Of a stretch of 64,000 nt of DNA, positions 40,036 through 57,573 are shown one piece after another. The notes beneath the pieces are model-generated. The model did no database searches, had not been told where the DNA came from, and saw only the letters and a list, made by a program, of their open reading frames with translations. The stretch is from Eledone cirrhosa. Its lineage: Eukaryota. The stretch spans positions 56,854,001-56,918,000 of the forward strand of contig OZ024740.1 in the NCBI GenBank assembly GCA_964016885.1. Direction: 5' to 3'. The translations under genes and the position numbers were made by a program. Position 1 is the first letter of the stretch, and each line of letters starts with the position of its first letter.

Positions 40036-40862
40036 CAGCCGTTAATATGCATAAGTACTCTTTTTTTTTTCAAAAACAATCATTACTCCAAAAATAGATC
40101 TTTGACAAATTCTGATTTCCTATCTTCCTTTCAATCCTTGAACTCCTGACCACTATATACCATTATTCATTCACTTGATATAATAAACAGAGAGAGAGAG
40201 AGAGTGAGAGAGAGAGAGGGGGAGGGAGAGAGACAGACAGAGAGAGAGAGCCAGAGAGAGAGAGACAGACAGAGATAGATACAGACAGACAGAGAGAGAG
40301 AGAGACAGACAGAGAGAGAGCGAGAGAGAGAGAGAAACCTTCTTATAAAAAGATTCAATTGAATTTAGACCAACTGTTGTAATCCCACTACCGCACCCAC
40401 ACAAAAACCAGTATATATAAAGAATAATTCTTCTAGATAAACCCCTATATTGTCATTACATAAAAATGAAGAGACTTTTGTCAACTTCCAGTTTTTCAAC
40501 TTTTAATATTTGACTTTTTAAATTTAATTGTTTCTACTTTATGCACAAGGCCAGCAATTACCCAGTGCATTACTGGTACTTTATTTTATCGACCCCGTAA
40601 GGATGAAAGGCAAAGTCAACCTCGGCGGGATTTGAACTCAGATCGTAAAGGGACGTAACTATGCTGGAAAGTATGGCATCCGACCCTCTACCGATACTGC
40701 CAATCCACCGCCCTTGACTTTTTAAATTTAATATTTGCTAAGATGAATTTATTCATCAAAACCGGTAATATTTTATAAAGCCCCTTTTTAAAAAAGAAAA
40801 CATAGGTTTTTAATATATTACTGTGCTGATTCCCCTTTTACGTTTTACACACACAACACACC

Positions 40863-40890
<28 letters not shown>

Positions 40891-40897
<7 letters not shown>

Positions 40898-42026
40898 ATA
40901 CTTGGGGAGGGTCATATTTATGTAATAATATTGCCAAAATTAATGATAGGACTAGACAACCAGAGATACCAGAGTGTTATGTTTGTGGACGCTACCCCTG
41001 GAGGGAAATTAGCTAACCAGTGTAGAATGGCCCTGAGAAAGACCCACTTAAAGATTAAGGTGGTAGAAAAGCCAGGAACCACCATAAAATCCCTGATCAG
41101 CAAAACTTACCCTTTTAAGAAAACCCACTGTACTAATAGGAAATGTATCATATGTAAAGTAAACCCCCGGATAAACTGTAAAACTAGAAACGTAGTCTAT
41201 AGCATAAGATGTACTGAGGGTACTTGCAGAAACATGACAACAACATACATAGACTAGACAGTTCGTAGCAGAGGTGAAAGGATAGACCAACACTGGGGGG
41301 AACTAAAAGGACGAAAAAACGGTTCAGTACTATACGAACATGCCAGACAACAACACGACGGTAACATAGACAACATAGAAATTAGAATAATATCTAAACA
41401 CAGAAATTACCCAGTAGAGAAGCAAATCGGAGAGGCCAGCGAAATAGAACTTAGAAGGCCAAGGTTAAACAGAAAAAATGAATGGAATAACAACAACACC
41501 CAAACAAACAACACTGACCTAAGAGAAGTATGAATAAATAAATAAATAAATACACAAGCACAATAACAACAAACACATATAAACACACACTAGTAAGCTA
41601 AGATAGAATACAATAACCAATACACAGTCACCCAAACACGAACACACATCAAAGAAAACACTATACACACACGCAAACGCATGTGCAGAGAAGACAAAAA
41701 AATAAATAAATAAATAAATAAATAAATAAATAGACTAAATAAAGATGGCGTAAGCATACAATGCAATGGGAGGAAACATAATAGCACCACTGACGATGTT
41801 GCAGATGTGCAACGAAAGAACTTTTTTAGACTATATATATGTGTTTGTGTCTATATTGTATCTGTATTTTTTACCGTTGGTCAGTCAATGGTAACATTGA
41901 GGACCGAATAGATTAAATTAACCGATATAAAGGACACAGAAGCGAAAACCAACCAAACAGTGTGTGTGTTCTGTTAATTCTGGCAATATTATTATACAAA
42001 TATGAACTTTCCCAAGTATAACAATA
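40891..42026 (+). mobile_element. Truncated Penelope-like element with ~50-bp inverted ends
   Basis: CTNRKCIIC...CKTRNVVYSIRC...YID*T.R...ERIDQH...P.LN GIY-YIG relic; tattgttatacttggg inverted at both ends; partial hammerhead CTGACGA-t-gttgca-gatg-tgcaac-GAAA at 41790-41817. Confidence 0.85.
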
Positions 42027-42328
42027 TTTGTTTCGACACATGCTTTCATATCAAAAACCTCGCAAAACTAATTCGTCGCCATATATATATATATATTTAT
42101 GGATAACCAAAGATGTGGGTTCGAGTGCCATGTACGTCAATACTCATCTTTTTCCATTTATCTGAGGGTTCTAAACCCCATTATCAGGCTAAAATTTCTT
42201 TAGTCAAAAATACGGTGAAGGCTATTCTATTTTCTAATTTCAAACCTGCTCACTGTTTCAAAACATACTTACTTGTCATTTATACTCGCTAAGAATGTAG
42301 CTTCTAATTTGAATGGAAGGAGATGGGT

Positions 42329-42399
42329 GATGTGTTGGTGTAATGGTAGCACAGTGGTCTGGATAACCAAAGATGTGGGTTTGACTCCCATGTACGTCA
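42329..42399 (+). pseudogene. tRNA-like sequence (SINE head or tRNA pseudogene) within a 260-bp tandem duplication (42100-42535)
   Basis: A-box tggtgtaatggtagcac, B-box ggtttgactccc (ggttcgagtgcc in the other copy), imperfect acceptor stem gatgtgt/gtacgtc. Confidence 0.55.
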
Positions 42400-42743
42400 A
42401 TACTCATCTTTTTCCATTTATCTGAGGATTCTAAACCCTATTATCAGGCTAAAATTTCTTTAGTCAAAAATACGGTGAAAGCTATTCTATTTTCTAATTT
42501 CAAACCTGCTCACTGTTTCAAAACATACTTACTTGATATATATATGTGTATATATATATATATAAATCTAACAAAATATACGGTAGTGTCCAATGCGTAT
42601 GAAGAGCTCAATGTAATCCAAATATCATGAAAAGAGAAGGTGCATTCACAAATTTTCGATGAAAATCCCCGGAAAACAGATCAGGATAAATTAATAAAAA
42701 CAATGAATAAAAACAAAGAACAAATTCATTATATTAAAAAAAT

Positions 42744-42880
42744 TCATCATTTTACGATCGTTTCTAGGATATATATGTGTGTTGGTATGTATATCATATA
42801 GATCTATGTAAACAAATTTACAAACTATCAGAGGAAATATACATACCTTCACATATATATGCTGTCTTCAGAAATAATGA
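42744..42880 (-). ncRNA. Type I hammerhead with a ~100-nt stem II; the inverted copy at 45090-45226 has a mutated core (CTGAATA)
   Basis: tcattattt-CTGAAGA-[long imperfect hairpin]-GAA-ACGATCGT-A-aaatgatga; 9-bp stem I; palindromic stem III. Confidence 0.72.
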
Positions 42881-43592
42881 TATTTGTTTATTGAAAAAAA
42901 ACAACAAAGATTTAATATAATAGGTCTGTTTGGGAACAGGTTTTGAATTGACCAATAGAAAAGTAGTAAGAGGTCAAGTTGATAGAATAGTAGTAGTAGA
43001 AATATAAATTAGGGGTAGAGGAATCCAGACTTAAGTTTTGAATAGAAAGAATACTTTGAATGAAAGGAATACTTTGGGGATGAAAAGAGGTCAAGCCGGT
43101 GAAAGGGACACGAAAATTTGATGTTATTAAAGAATAATGTTGATGTTAAAAACCAAGGAGAATAACATTTTAGGATAAAGGTGTTAGTGAGAAACACCAA
43201 TCTTATTTAAAACACAGGGAATTTAGATCTATAACAAGAAATTAAATTAATTGATAGGTATACTTATAGGGATACATTTATATTAATTCATATGGATGTG
43301 ATAAATAAGAATTAGATGTTATTAAAGAATGTTGTTAAAGACGAAGGAAAATAACATTTTAGGATAAATGTAGTAGTGAGAAATACCAATCTTATATAGA
43401 CTACAAGGAATTTAGATTCATAACAGGAAATTAAATTAATTTATAAGTATACATTTAGGTATTAATTTTAGGAAAAGCCAGCTGTAAGAGGGAAATAAAA
43501 TTATGAAGTTCTCTGTAGTAAAGTACTAATTATAGGTTAACTAAATTAACAAAGTTAATTATAATATGTAAAATATAAGTGTACGGTGTATA

Positions 43593-44070
43593 TTAAGTTG
43601 GTTTATAATATTTGAAAGTTCTTCTAATTCTATGATTACAAGATATAATTAATTCCTGTCGCTTATTTAATAGGATATCCTTAGATTTCATTATTTCAAA
43701 AAGTTCCTGGGAACATAATCTACACTCATATCTGTTATTTTGATAAGGGGTGGCCCTTTTGAGCACGCTCCAAGTCAGGTTGTAATCGATATTCTTTTTT
43801 TTATAATTATTAATTGTTTCAGCCAAGGATGTTGTATTAGCTAATGCGGCATTTTTAAAACTATGTTTGTGGGTATTAAATCTTACTTTAAATTGGTTAG
43901 ACGTAGCTCCTATATATGAATAAGTTGAGTCCTTAGTGCTAATTTTACATTTATATACTATGTTATAAATAAGACAATTTCCCTTTAATGGGCAATTTCC
44001 TTTGTTTCTACAGTTACAACCATTCGTGAATATTATATCAGGGGAGTTAGTCAAATTTGGTGTGGAATTT
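43593..44070 (-). pseudogene. GIY-YIG endonuclease domain of the Penelope-like element
   Basis: CNCRNKGNCPLKGNC...IVYKC...YIGATSNQFKVRFNTH...CRLCSQE...LLNKR. Confidence 0.88.
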
Positions 44071-45277
44071 ACTCGACTTGTTATGTGTGAAGATGGTGGT
44101 TTGTTGCGGTTTATTTTAGTATTATGGTTGGTTTGATGTGTTGGTGGTATATTCGTGGGTTTTTTTACATGTATATGCATTGTACGCACTTATATTTTGT
44201 TGTATATTTTTGGTGGTGGAGTAGGAAAATTTGACAGTTGATCTATTTAAAATTTGATGGTATTTATGGTTTGGCGGGAAGTTTCTCTAGGATAGTAAAA
44301 AATGTTTAGGGATATTATCTTTAATTTGTAGATTAAATGGAGCATTATACCAAGTAACTCGTCTATTACGGTTTCGATGTTGTTTTTCATATTTATACGA
44401 AGTATCAGGATGTTTATTAAGAGAGTTAGTATTAGTGAATCTATTATATATAGGTTTAGTTAGATGAACTGATTTAGGTGTTTTAGTCTGATTATTAGGA
44501 GTTTTGTTAGTAATGTTATTAACGTATATTGGAGTATTAGGATGAATGGTTTTTTGAAAGTTATTATATTTTATGTGAGAAGCGGTAGAGAAATTAAGTT
44601 TTAGATTGGTATTTTGGGGTGTAGTGTGAGTGGCATTTAGGTGTGTTTTTTATTTGGTGTTTGTTGGTAATATTAGGTTGTATGTTTGAAGTATTATTGG
44701 TGCAAGGTATATAGACGAATTTGTTTTTGTGGCCGCTTCTAGATCTAAATTCCTTGTGTTTTAAATAAAATTGGTATTTCTCACTAACACCTTTACCCTA
44801 AAATATTATTCTCCTTCGGTTTTACATCAACATTATTCTTTAATAACATCAAATTTTCGTCTCGCTTTCACCGGCTTGACCTCTTTTCATCCCCAAAGTA
44901 TTCCTTTCATTCAAAGTATTCTTTCTATTCAAAACTTAAGTCTGCATTCCTCTTCCCCTAATTTATATTTCTACTACTACTATTCTATCAACTTGACCTC
45001 TTACTACTTTTCTATTGGTCAATTCAAAACCTGTTTCCAAACAGACCTATTATATTAAATTTTTGTTGTTTATTTTCAATAAACAAATATCATTATTTCT
45101 GAATACAGCATATATATGTGAAGGTATGTATATTTCCTCTGATAGTTTGTAAATTTGTTTACATAGATCTATATGATATACATACCAACACACATATATA
45201 TCCTAGAAACGATCGTAAAATGATGAATTTTTTAATATAATGAACTTCTTCTTTGTTTTTATTCATTGTTTTTATTA

Positions 45278-45345
<68 letters not shown>

Positions 45346-45542
45346 GGTGGCTGCCAACTTATTTTCGAATACGGCCACTACTTTATATCCATGTAGGAGA
45401 ACCCCTACCGATGCGCTGAACGACTTTGACTTTTAGTCCAGCCAGCGACTTGAAAACTCTGGTACAAACACTACACTTGTGACAATTATTGACACATAGT
45501 GCTGGGGCCATGGTACCATGTGATGACAAGTGCAGAGAGATC

Positions 45543-45653
<111 letters not shown>

Positions 45654-47017
45654 TGTCTTGTCCAGGGGAGAGTCATGTACTCTCAGTCGCTTCGCACCAT
45701 GAAACCAGGATAAGCACTGATCAAATGGGCATTTACTCTTCAGACATATGTATGTATATATATATATATGCACACAAGAGTGCGTACATATGTTTGTTCA
45801 GATTCCCACGATCATCTCAATAAATATTATCACGAATTAGTATTTGTCCTAATATATACTGCAAAATATTTAATCGATTTAATTTTTCATAACAATATTT
45901 TTACTGGTTTCTCATTCTATGATTTTATGAAAGTGTAAATTACACCTAATACCGAAGAAAATATATTTTGAAAAGTGAAACCCTTATATGAAAAATAAAG
46001 ATCAAAAGAACTTAAACAATTTTTGGTGTTAATTTGATTTGACATTAAGGCTGAGGATAAAAAAAAATGCGAAATAGTTAATCATTGAATAGATCCTAGA
46101 TAACGATATTTCTATTCGTAAACTTGTTAGCCTTGCCTGTGTCACATAGAATACCGAATATTAGATGTTAATGATATTGAAAATGCTTCAGGAATAAAAA
46201 TAAATAATTTAAAAATGAGAAAAATAAATAATTAGAACTACATATTAGTTTATAGCTGTTAAGAAGAAACAAGACTTCAAACGTCATTCATTTTACTGTT
46301 TCTTCACGTGTGTGCTTATCGTAATCATTCCTTCTATAAAACACTTTTTTTCCGGCTCCTCATGACAACCCACAGCTCGAAACATCGAACGTGAAATTAG
46401 TTACGTTATAGCCTGGCTTTATTGTTTTGTCTTTTTTCTTTGCTTTTGTTCCTAAACCATTTTGGATATTATCACCATACGCTAAGCCTGGCCTACCATC
46501 GGGTTACTCAACTTGTCTGCCCACTCCATTACACCTATTCTCGACCACGCTACTCGTCTACCTCTGATCTTCCACTAATACCACGTGGCCTCATCAGAAT
46601 TACTTAGAACTGTATATTTACCCCGTTCCTCCCCTCTCTTTGCCCTGCACCCTAATTACCATCCATTCCGTAGCACTTTCCATCCACTAACTCGCTTCTC
46701 TATACCGAAGTTCATAAGCTCTATCAATGCATTAAGGCTACTTCTATAGTTCCACAGTTAATCACATAATGCCATAAACAGACACACATACACATACACA
46801 TAAACAATACAAACACTTAAAAATTTACAATTATAATAAAATTAAAAATTATAACTTAGAGATACAAGAGTTACTCCCCTTGAATAACAAAACACTAAAT
46901 TATATTGTTACACTATTGTTAACATCCTTTCACTTGATGGGATCTGATATAAGAAATAAACATCGGCCATTTTAGTAATGCCGAAAAGATAAGAGACACT
47001 AGCAGATATACCGGCTC

Positions 47018-47067
<50 letters not shown>

Positions 47068-47114
47068 GAATATAAAATGACTGTGCTTTTTTAAAAAAAA
47101 AAGGAATTTATTAG

Positions 47115-47223
47115 GTATTGACATATGTTTCTGTAACCTATGTATCGCTGCTTGCGTAATCATATAATGTTAGCAAGTATTCGATAGCAAATGTATAATC
47201 AGTTGTCACTTCTTCAGAGATAT
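47115..47223 (-). ncRNA. Hammerhead motif with a long stem II inside a small inverted-repeat element (47061-47328)
   Basis: CTGAAGA-a-gtgac...gttac-a-GAA-ACATATGT-C; stem I is weak; inverted ends aaaagatgaatataaaatga. Confidence 0.55.
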
Positions 47224-47690
47224 TGGATAAATTGGAAAAAATCAGATAAATTGAAGGATTTATATTAGTTGGAATAAAAATTAAAAAAAATTTTAAAAAA
47301 AAGCACTTTCATTTTATATTCATCTTTTCTACATTTTCTCCGGAATATAATTTATACTCGTCGAGCTAACCTACACGTACGCTGTTCATCTCTAACGTAA
47401 CGATATATTATCACTACGTTATTGATAACCTGAAATTTTATATATACATATAGTGAAGGCGTGTGGCTGAGTGGTTAGAGAATTGGATTCGCAATCGTAA
47501 GGTTGTGAGTTCGATTCCTGGACTAGGCGATGCGTTATGTCCTTGAGCAAGACACTTTATTTCACGTTGCTCCTTCTACCTGGAGTTGCGACCGATAGAT
47601 AGTATTAGCAATTGGAAAGACCAACGGAAACATTGTTCCCTCGGTCCGATTTGACGAAAGTCGATCGTTCCTAAATATATATATATATAT

Positions 47691-50640
<2,950 letters not shown>

Positions 50641-50664
50641 TATATAGTAATATAAGTTGTAATA

Positions 50665-50734
<70 letters not shown>

Positions 50735-51188
50735 ATAATAATAAATTTGAAGACTAAAATCCAAAGAGGGCTCGATAAGGATAAATATATATCAAATATA
50801 TAAGAACCATAGAGCAAATATTTATTGAAATAACAGATTAAAGTTTAAGCAAAGAATCGTTGCTTTCACCCTTAACGGGATCTTATGAAACTAACAAAAG
50901 TCAATCTGTGAACGCAGAAGTAAATATTGGAACGTTTTTTGAAATATTCACTTCTGCGTTCACAGATTGACTTTGTTAGTTTCAGAAGATCCCGTTAAGG
51001 TTGAAAGCAACGATTCTTTGCTTAAACTTTAATCTGTTATTTTAATAAATATATATATATATATATATATATATTCATGCTATTGTACGTCTGTATACAT
51101 ATATGTATGTACGTATACATACATACTTACATTTAAGTAAGTGCCGAACTAAGAGTGAGAAATGAAATTTCGTTTCATTATATTACAA

Positions 51189-51231
<43 letters not shown>

Positions 51232-51541
51232 TAAAATAACAGATTAAAGTTTAAGCAAAGAATCGTTGCTTTCAACCTTAACGGGATCTTCTGAAACTAA
51301 CAAAGTCAATCTGTGAACGCAGAAGTGAATATTTCAAAAAACGTTCCAATATTTACTTCTGCGTTCACAGATTGACTTTTGTTAGTTTCATAAGATCCCG
51401 TTAAGGGTGAAAGCAACGATTCTTTGCTTAAACTTTAATCTGTTATTTCAATAAATATTTGCTCTACGGTTCTTATATATTTGATATATATTTATCCTTA
51501 TCGAGCCCTCTTTGGATTTTAGTCTTCAAATTTATTATTAT

Positions 51542-51595
<54 letters not shown>

Positions 51596-51599
51596 TATT

Positions 51600-51962
51600 A
51601 CAACTTATATTACTATATATATATATATTATTACAACTTATCGTTTTCAGTATGCCTCGCCGACTTAACTCACTCGATATGCAAATTAGGCTGTTCAGCC
51701 GTTAATTTTCATAAGGAAAGTATATACTTTCGAACGTTCAACTATCTGGCAGAAGGGTATACGGTGCAGATGATAGCTAACAAGCTTGAAACTAGTACAT
51801 CGTTCCTGTGTCAGTGTTGAACAAAAAGGTGACGTGGTTGCCTTAACACCGTATGGCATAAATCAGGCTGTTCGCTTGTTTACAAACGAACAAAGCGGGC
51901 GTTATAATAAACGTTCGCTAAACTGATACGTACATATATATATGTGTACCTGTATGTATATG

Positions 51963-52018
<56 letters not shown>

Positions 52019-52071
52019 TGCTACTGTACGTCTGTATACATATATGTATGTACGTATACATACATACTTAC

Positions 52072-52075
<4 letters not shown>
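51600..52075 (+). repeat. Inverted unit of the hammerhead repeat, core mutated
   Basis: Motif at 51762-51802 reads CAGATGA instead of CTGATGA. Confidence 0.85.
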
Positions 52076-52120
<45 letters not shown>

Positions 52121-52123
<3 letters not shown>

Positions 52124-53106
52124 TGGCGGACTGACCAGGTTGCCATGTTGACCAATGGCAAGTGGGCGCCAGAGGGCCCACGGTGGCATTGCCAGAGCCC
52201 ACAGTAGCATTTCAGGTTCCACTCTAGTATTTTAGGCGTCAACGTTTTGCTTTAAAACAATTCCTGAAATCTAACAGAAAGAATACATTTTTTTAAAATA
52301 AATAAAACAATTAAGCAAAGCATTTGGTCAATCAAGGAGGGGGAGAAATGAGGTGGAACAAAAATGAAACATGGATTGCAGCTTAAAATGTAGTCTAGAT
52401 AGATGAGAAACAAAACGAGGATGTAGTTTATGGAACACCCAAATGATTTGGAAGTCGACGTTAAGTAGGAGCAATAACATTATGAAAGACATGAATGACA
52501 CCACATGATTTTGTTTTGAAAATTTTGAAAGTAAGTTTATAAGTATGAATTTTCATAATATTTTCGTAGTTGTCTCTGTGGCCTACCGATAAGTATAAGA
52601 GACGGTGGAGACCCTGGCCTTGGGTTCCAACAAGTAACCTTTTTCAGTTTTTATTTTACAACCAATAGAAAAAAAACGAAAATGCTTACTGGGACCCCTA
52701 CTCCTGACCAGGATCGAACTTCAGACCAGGATCATGACGGTCTATGATTTTCCGACTCGACCACCGAGACAGCTACTAATGAAAATTGATAATTATAAAC
52801 CTACTTTCAAAATCAAAGTTAAAAAGATGTGGTGTCGTTCATGGCTTTCCTAGAGCTATTAGTAATATTTAGGGTTGACTTCTGGTCATTATTGAAAGTC
52901 TATGGATTTCGCAAAATACATAATATTTTTTATTGGAGAAGGTAAGATATTTTTCCGTAAAAATGTGATTGCACTGTTTTGTTTCCATTTATGTATTTTT
53001 CGAAAATGTTATTCATTCATTATAAAAATTAAATGATAGTATTATATATGTAGGAGGGCCCCTTCATCTCCTGGCAACCAATATTTTAAAACCCAATCCG
53101 CCACTG
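52121..53106. mobile_element. Non-autonomous DNA transposon (hAT-like) inserted in (TA)n
   Basis: TIRs cagtggcggactg / caatccgccactg; TA runs on both sides. Confidence 0.8.
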
Positions 53107-53875
53107 TATATATATAACCCTATACACACGCAAGTAAGTTCAGTTCAATGTTCTGCTATACGTGTATAGATTGAATTGTAACATCCGTACAATGTTACAA
53201 TTCAATCTATACACGTATAGCAGAACATTAGAGAACATTGAACTTAACTTACTTGCGAGTGTATAGGGTTACGGTTGACCAAATGTTTCCAATTTACATC
53301 GTCAAATTGAGATTTGACCAATATAACATTTTTTGTTTTGTAAACTAACTTTCGGTGAATACTATGTTGGTATATTTATATTTTTTCTTTGATCTCGCGT
53401 CGGTGTGTGTGAGTGTGTGTGTGTACTCACTCACACTAACTGTGACTGTCTATAGTTCTACAGATTTGATGCTATGTTGGTATATGTATATATTATTTCT
53501 TCTTTGACCTCGCGTCGGTGTGTCTGAGTGTGTGTGTACCCATTCACATTAACTGTGACCGACTGTAATTCTACAGATTTGATTGATGTCCAGCGTCTTT
53601 TACAGCTATTGGGAGATAGAGACTTGATAGTTTTATGACCCTAACTGAGGACGATAGCAGTCGCCGTGTTTTGACTGCTTGATCTTCATATGAGGGACTA
53701 AACTCTGTGAGTGAACATCGTTAATTTTCTCCCTCATATCAAGGATTTGAAGACAATTCATATTCACCTGACGAGATCGGTGATAATCGATCATGGCTAC
53801 GCGATCGATCTATCTCTTATTGAAACATGTGACGTGATTAAAATGATTGGAAATTTATACCATGCCTTACGATCT

Positions 53876-53911
<36 letters not shown>

Positions 53912-54121
53912 AAGCTGCCTAGTGAGATCATGGCACTGGTTGCGTGAAATCACGTAGCCACTGTCGTCATTGAAATATGTATAACAGCCTTATCAATAAA
54001 GGACTTTAACATCTGCAACGACTACGCATTTTCTTGTTCTAAATATACTCCGCCATTCCTGAGTGGGAAAAGTACGTACAGTGCATGAAATGAAGAGCAT
54101 CAATCTTTACCGTAGGTATGC

Positions 54122-54310
<189 letters not shown>

Positions 54311-54323
54311 TATATATGTATAT

Positions 54324-55445
54324 ATGAAAACAGGGAGAAAAAGACGATTATTAGGAAGAAATATATATTTCTTTCCTTTTTATTTACTCTCTCTTTTTTC
54401 TGGGTTAGAAAATGAATAAAACGAAATATTTTACTTTGTGTGAAGTGTTAAGGTATTAGTTAATTTATTTATTAATTAACAATGGCATTTATTTTTTTAT
54501 TTATATATTTAATAATTGGACAGACATAGGACAGCAAAAACACCCTCCGTCAACGTATGACCGTCCATAAATCAAAATCAAAATACAGGAATACAGAGAG
54601 ATTGCGTTTAGTGAACATATCGCCAATTGTGCACCCAACCAACATCCAAACTTTAAAATTTTCCCCATTTATAAATTCATAGACAACGCTACTTTCATCG
54701 AACGTACCAATAAGGAAACGTATTTCATTAACAAATTCCAACCTCTACTCAATGCACTAAACTTCGGACTAAAGTAAAACTGGAACGAACAATGAAACAA
54801 ATCCAAATACCTATGTCTCTCTAAAGAATTATCTCCCTACACCCTACCTAATCCTTTTTCTTATATAAATTAAATACCATCCATCATTTCTCTCCACCCT
54901 GAATTACCTCCCCCTGCATATTAACTCTCTAAAAAGGAAAATCATATCAAACCCCAGACTACCATTTGCCTCCATCATGGATAAACTAAGCGCTCTTGCT
55001 ATATTAACACATTTTGATCTGCTTATCTTCAAGAACTATGCCTGTAAATAACATTATTTTTTCTTTCACATTGCCTCATTATGTTCCACATTACGCTCCT
55101 TCTTTTTCTTTTTTTCTTTTCACTTCATAAACCTTGTTTGTAAATAGCATTATTCTTTCTGCACCATTTCCTTAACATGTCCAACACCACCATTCCACAC
55201 CAATACATATTATTATCATTTGATAATGCATAAAAATGCTGAAACCGGTAATAGACAATTATTAAATATATAAATAATTAAATAAATGCCCTTATTAATT
55301 AAAAAATAAATCAACTAATACCTTAACACTTCACGCAAAGTAAAATATTTCGTTTTAATCATTTTCTAACCCAGAAAAAAGAGAGAGAAAAATAAAAAGG
55401 AAACAAATATATTTTTCTTCCTAATAATCGTCGTTTTCTCCCTGT

Positions 55446-55450
<5 letters not shown>
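54324..55450 (+). mobile_element. Penelope-like remnant with ~190-bp inverted ends
   Basis: 54324-54520 is inverted at 55255-55450; GIY-YIG C-terminal relic SEHIANC...FKIFPIYKF...ERTNKETYFINKFQPLLN at 54600-54755; hammerhead-like motif at 55220-55250. Confidence 0.8.
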
Positions 55451-55495
<45 letters not shown>

Positions 55496-55679
55496 TAACT
55501 CGTGTGCTCCCTCTCCACATTTTATTATTATTATATACATATATATATATATATACATATATATATACATATATATATATATACATATATATATATACAT
55601 ACACACACATATATTTGTTGTACACAAATTTTAACCAATTCTCCTGACAACTACAATCTTCCCATATAAGGAAGTACCC

Positions 55680-55866
55680 CCTTGACATGTTCGGCTATTT
55701 ATTCACCAGGATAAAACTTCTAATTTAGTCCAGAAATAGCCGTCGAAACGGCTTGAGCTCTGCCGTCGGGGTCATACTTTTTCCTATTTCCCACACTACT
55801 ACCCTAAGTATTGAGTACTCTGGTGCGTTATGGTCCATCTGGTTCCTTACCACAATTCCTTTGTTA
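55680..55866 (+). mobile_element. Short pLTR-like repeat family in (TA)n; copies at 38620-38745, 57384-57578 and 60020-60122
   Basis: Shared gccgtcGAAACggcttgagctc...ggtgcgttatggtcca...ttcgtt(TA)n; two copies are folded back into palindromes. Confidence 0.65.
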
Positions 55867-55916
55867 TATATATATATATATAAAAGAAAATTTCGCTCTA
55901 CATGACTGAATACAAT

Positions 55917-56378
55917 AAATGTAATCTGAGTTTTTTGAATATTAATATTTATTTCTACTTTAGGCACAAGGCCAGCAATTATCCAGCGCATTACTGGTAC
56001 TTTATTTTATCGACCCCGTAAGGATGAAAGGCAAAGTTAACCTCGGCGGGATTTGAACTCAGATCATAAAGGGACGTAACTCTATGCTGGAAAGCATGGC
56101 GTCCAACCCTCTACTGATACTGCCAATCAACCACCCTGAATATTAATAATGACATTCGATTCGTTTGCAATTATGTACACAAGCCACAATTTTATAGCCA
56201 TGTCAGTAGAATGAACACTTCATTCTTGCTCCTATGTTGGCATGCGAACAGAATGCCAACATAGGAGCAAGAATGAAGTGTTCATTCTACTGACATGGCT
56301 ATAAAATTGAGTCTTGTGTGCATAATTGCAAACTAATCGAATGTCATTATTAATATTCGAAAAACTCAGATTACATTA
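55917..56378. repeat. Fold-back palindrome interrupted by a SINE
   Basis: Arms 56138-56243 and 56252-56359; the left arm continues at 55917-55948 beyond a SINE with TSD tgaatattaat. Confidence 0.85.
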
Positions 56379-56465
56379 ATACATATTTTATATATATATA
56401 TATATATATACATACATGCATATATGTATATATATACATACATATATATATATATACATACATAT

Positions 56466-56544
<79 letters not shown>

Positions 56545-56550
56545 CATATA

Positions 56551-56601
<51 letters not shown>

Positions 56602-56618
56602 ATATATACATACATATA

Positions 56619-56723
<105 letters not shown>

Positions 56724-57328
56724 GTATATATATATCTTTTAACATGTTAAATTATCCCCCACACACCTACAGACACATTCCTACTGACCATCCCTCTACC
56801 ACGAATTACTCTGCTACACACACACACACACATGTCTTAATAGGCATTTGAACTGTCAACAGGCTGCGGTTCGCACACACATCCCTGCTGACCATTATCA
56901 CAACAACGAACCTCTTCACTACTACTACACACACACACATATTTGTTGTGAAAGACTGATTTCTCGGTCAGCCGACACAAACCTACATTTGGCGCAAAAT
57001 CAATTTTTTACATTCACATGACCTCTACCGACCAATCAAAATTGTTTTGACCACAAGAATTTTTGCAACACGAATTGGTGCAAAACTTATTTTAATACCG
57101 CTGGAGCCACTTTTTTAACATAAAAACAGGTCGAATTCCCAAAACTAATCAGATCAGAGCAAACATCACGGACGCTCTATCTCAAAATTATTTTTGAAAA
57201 GCATTAGCAATGCGCAACCGGTAAAAACCAAAACTGAATACTAACCAATACTATTACTAATTCTCACTTATTCCTAATTAAACTATTTCTCACTGTGAAC
57301 AATTTGTCAGCATTTTCTATTCCGTTTA

Positions 57329-57385
<57 letters not shown>

Positions 57386-57573
57386 CGAAGGAAATGTGGT
57401 AAGGAACCAGGTGGACCATAACGCACCAAAGTACTCAATACTTGAGGTAGTAGAGTGGGTAATAGGAACCAGTAAGACCCCGACAGCTGAGCTCAAGCCG
57501 TTTCGACGGCTAATTCCTAATTGGAATTAGCCGTCGAAACGGCTTGAGCTCAGCTGTCGGGGTCTTACTGGTT

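Larger units (their letters stand above)
42687..45283 (-). mobile_element. Penelope-like element with ~540-bp inverted pLTRs
   Basis: 42687-43230 is inverted at 44740-45283; GIY-YIG ORF lies between; flanked by (TA)n. Confidence 0.9.

Noticed and set aside
46355-46395. Hammerhead-like cctcatgac...ctcgaaac
   Set aside because: The core is mutated and stems I and II do not pair convincingly.
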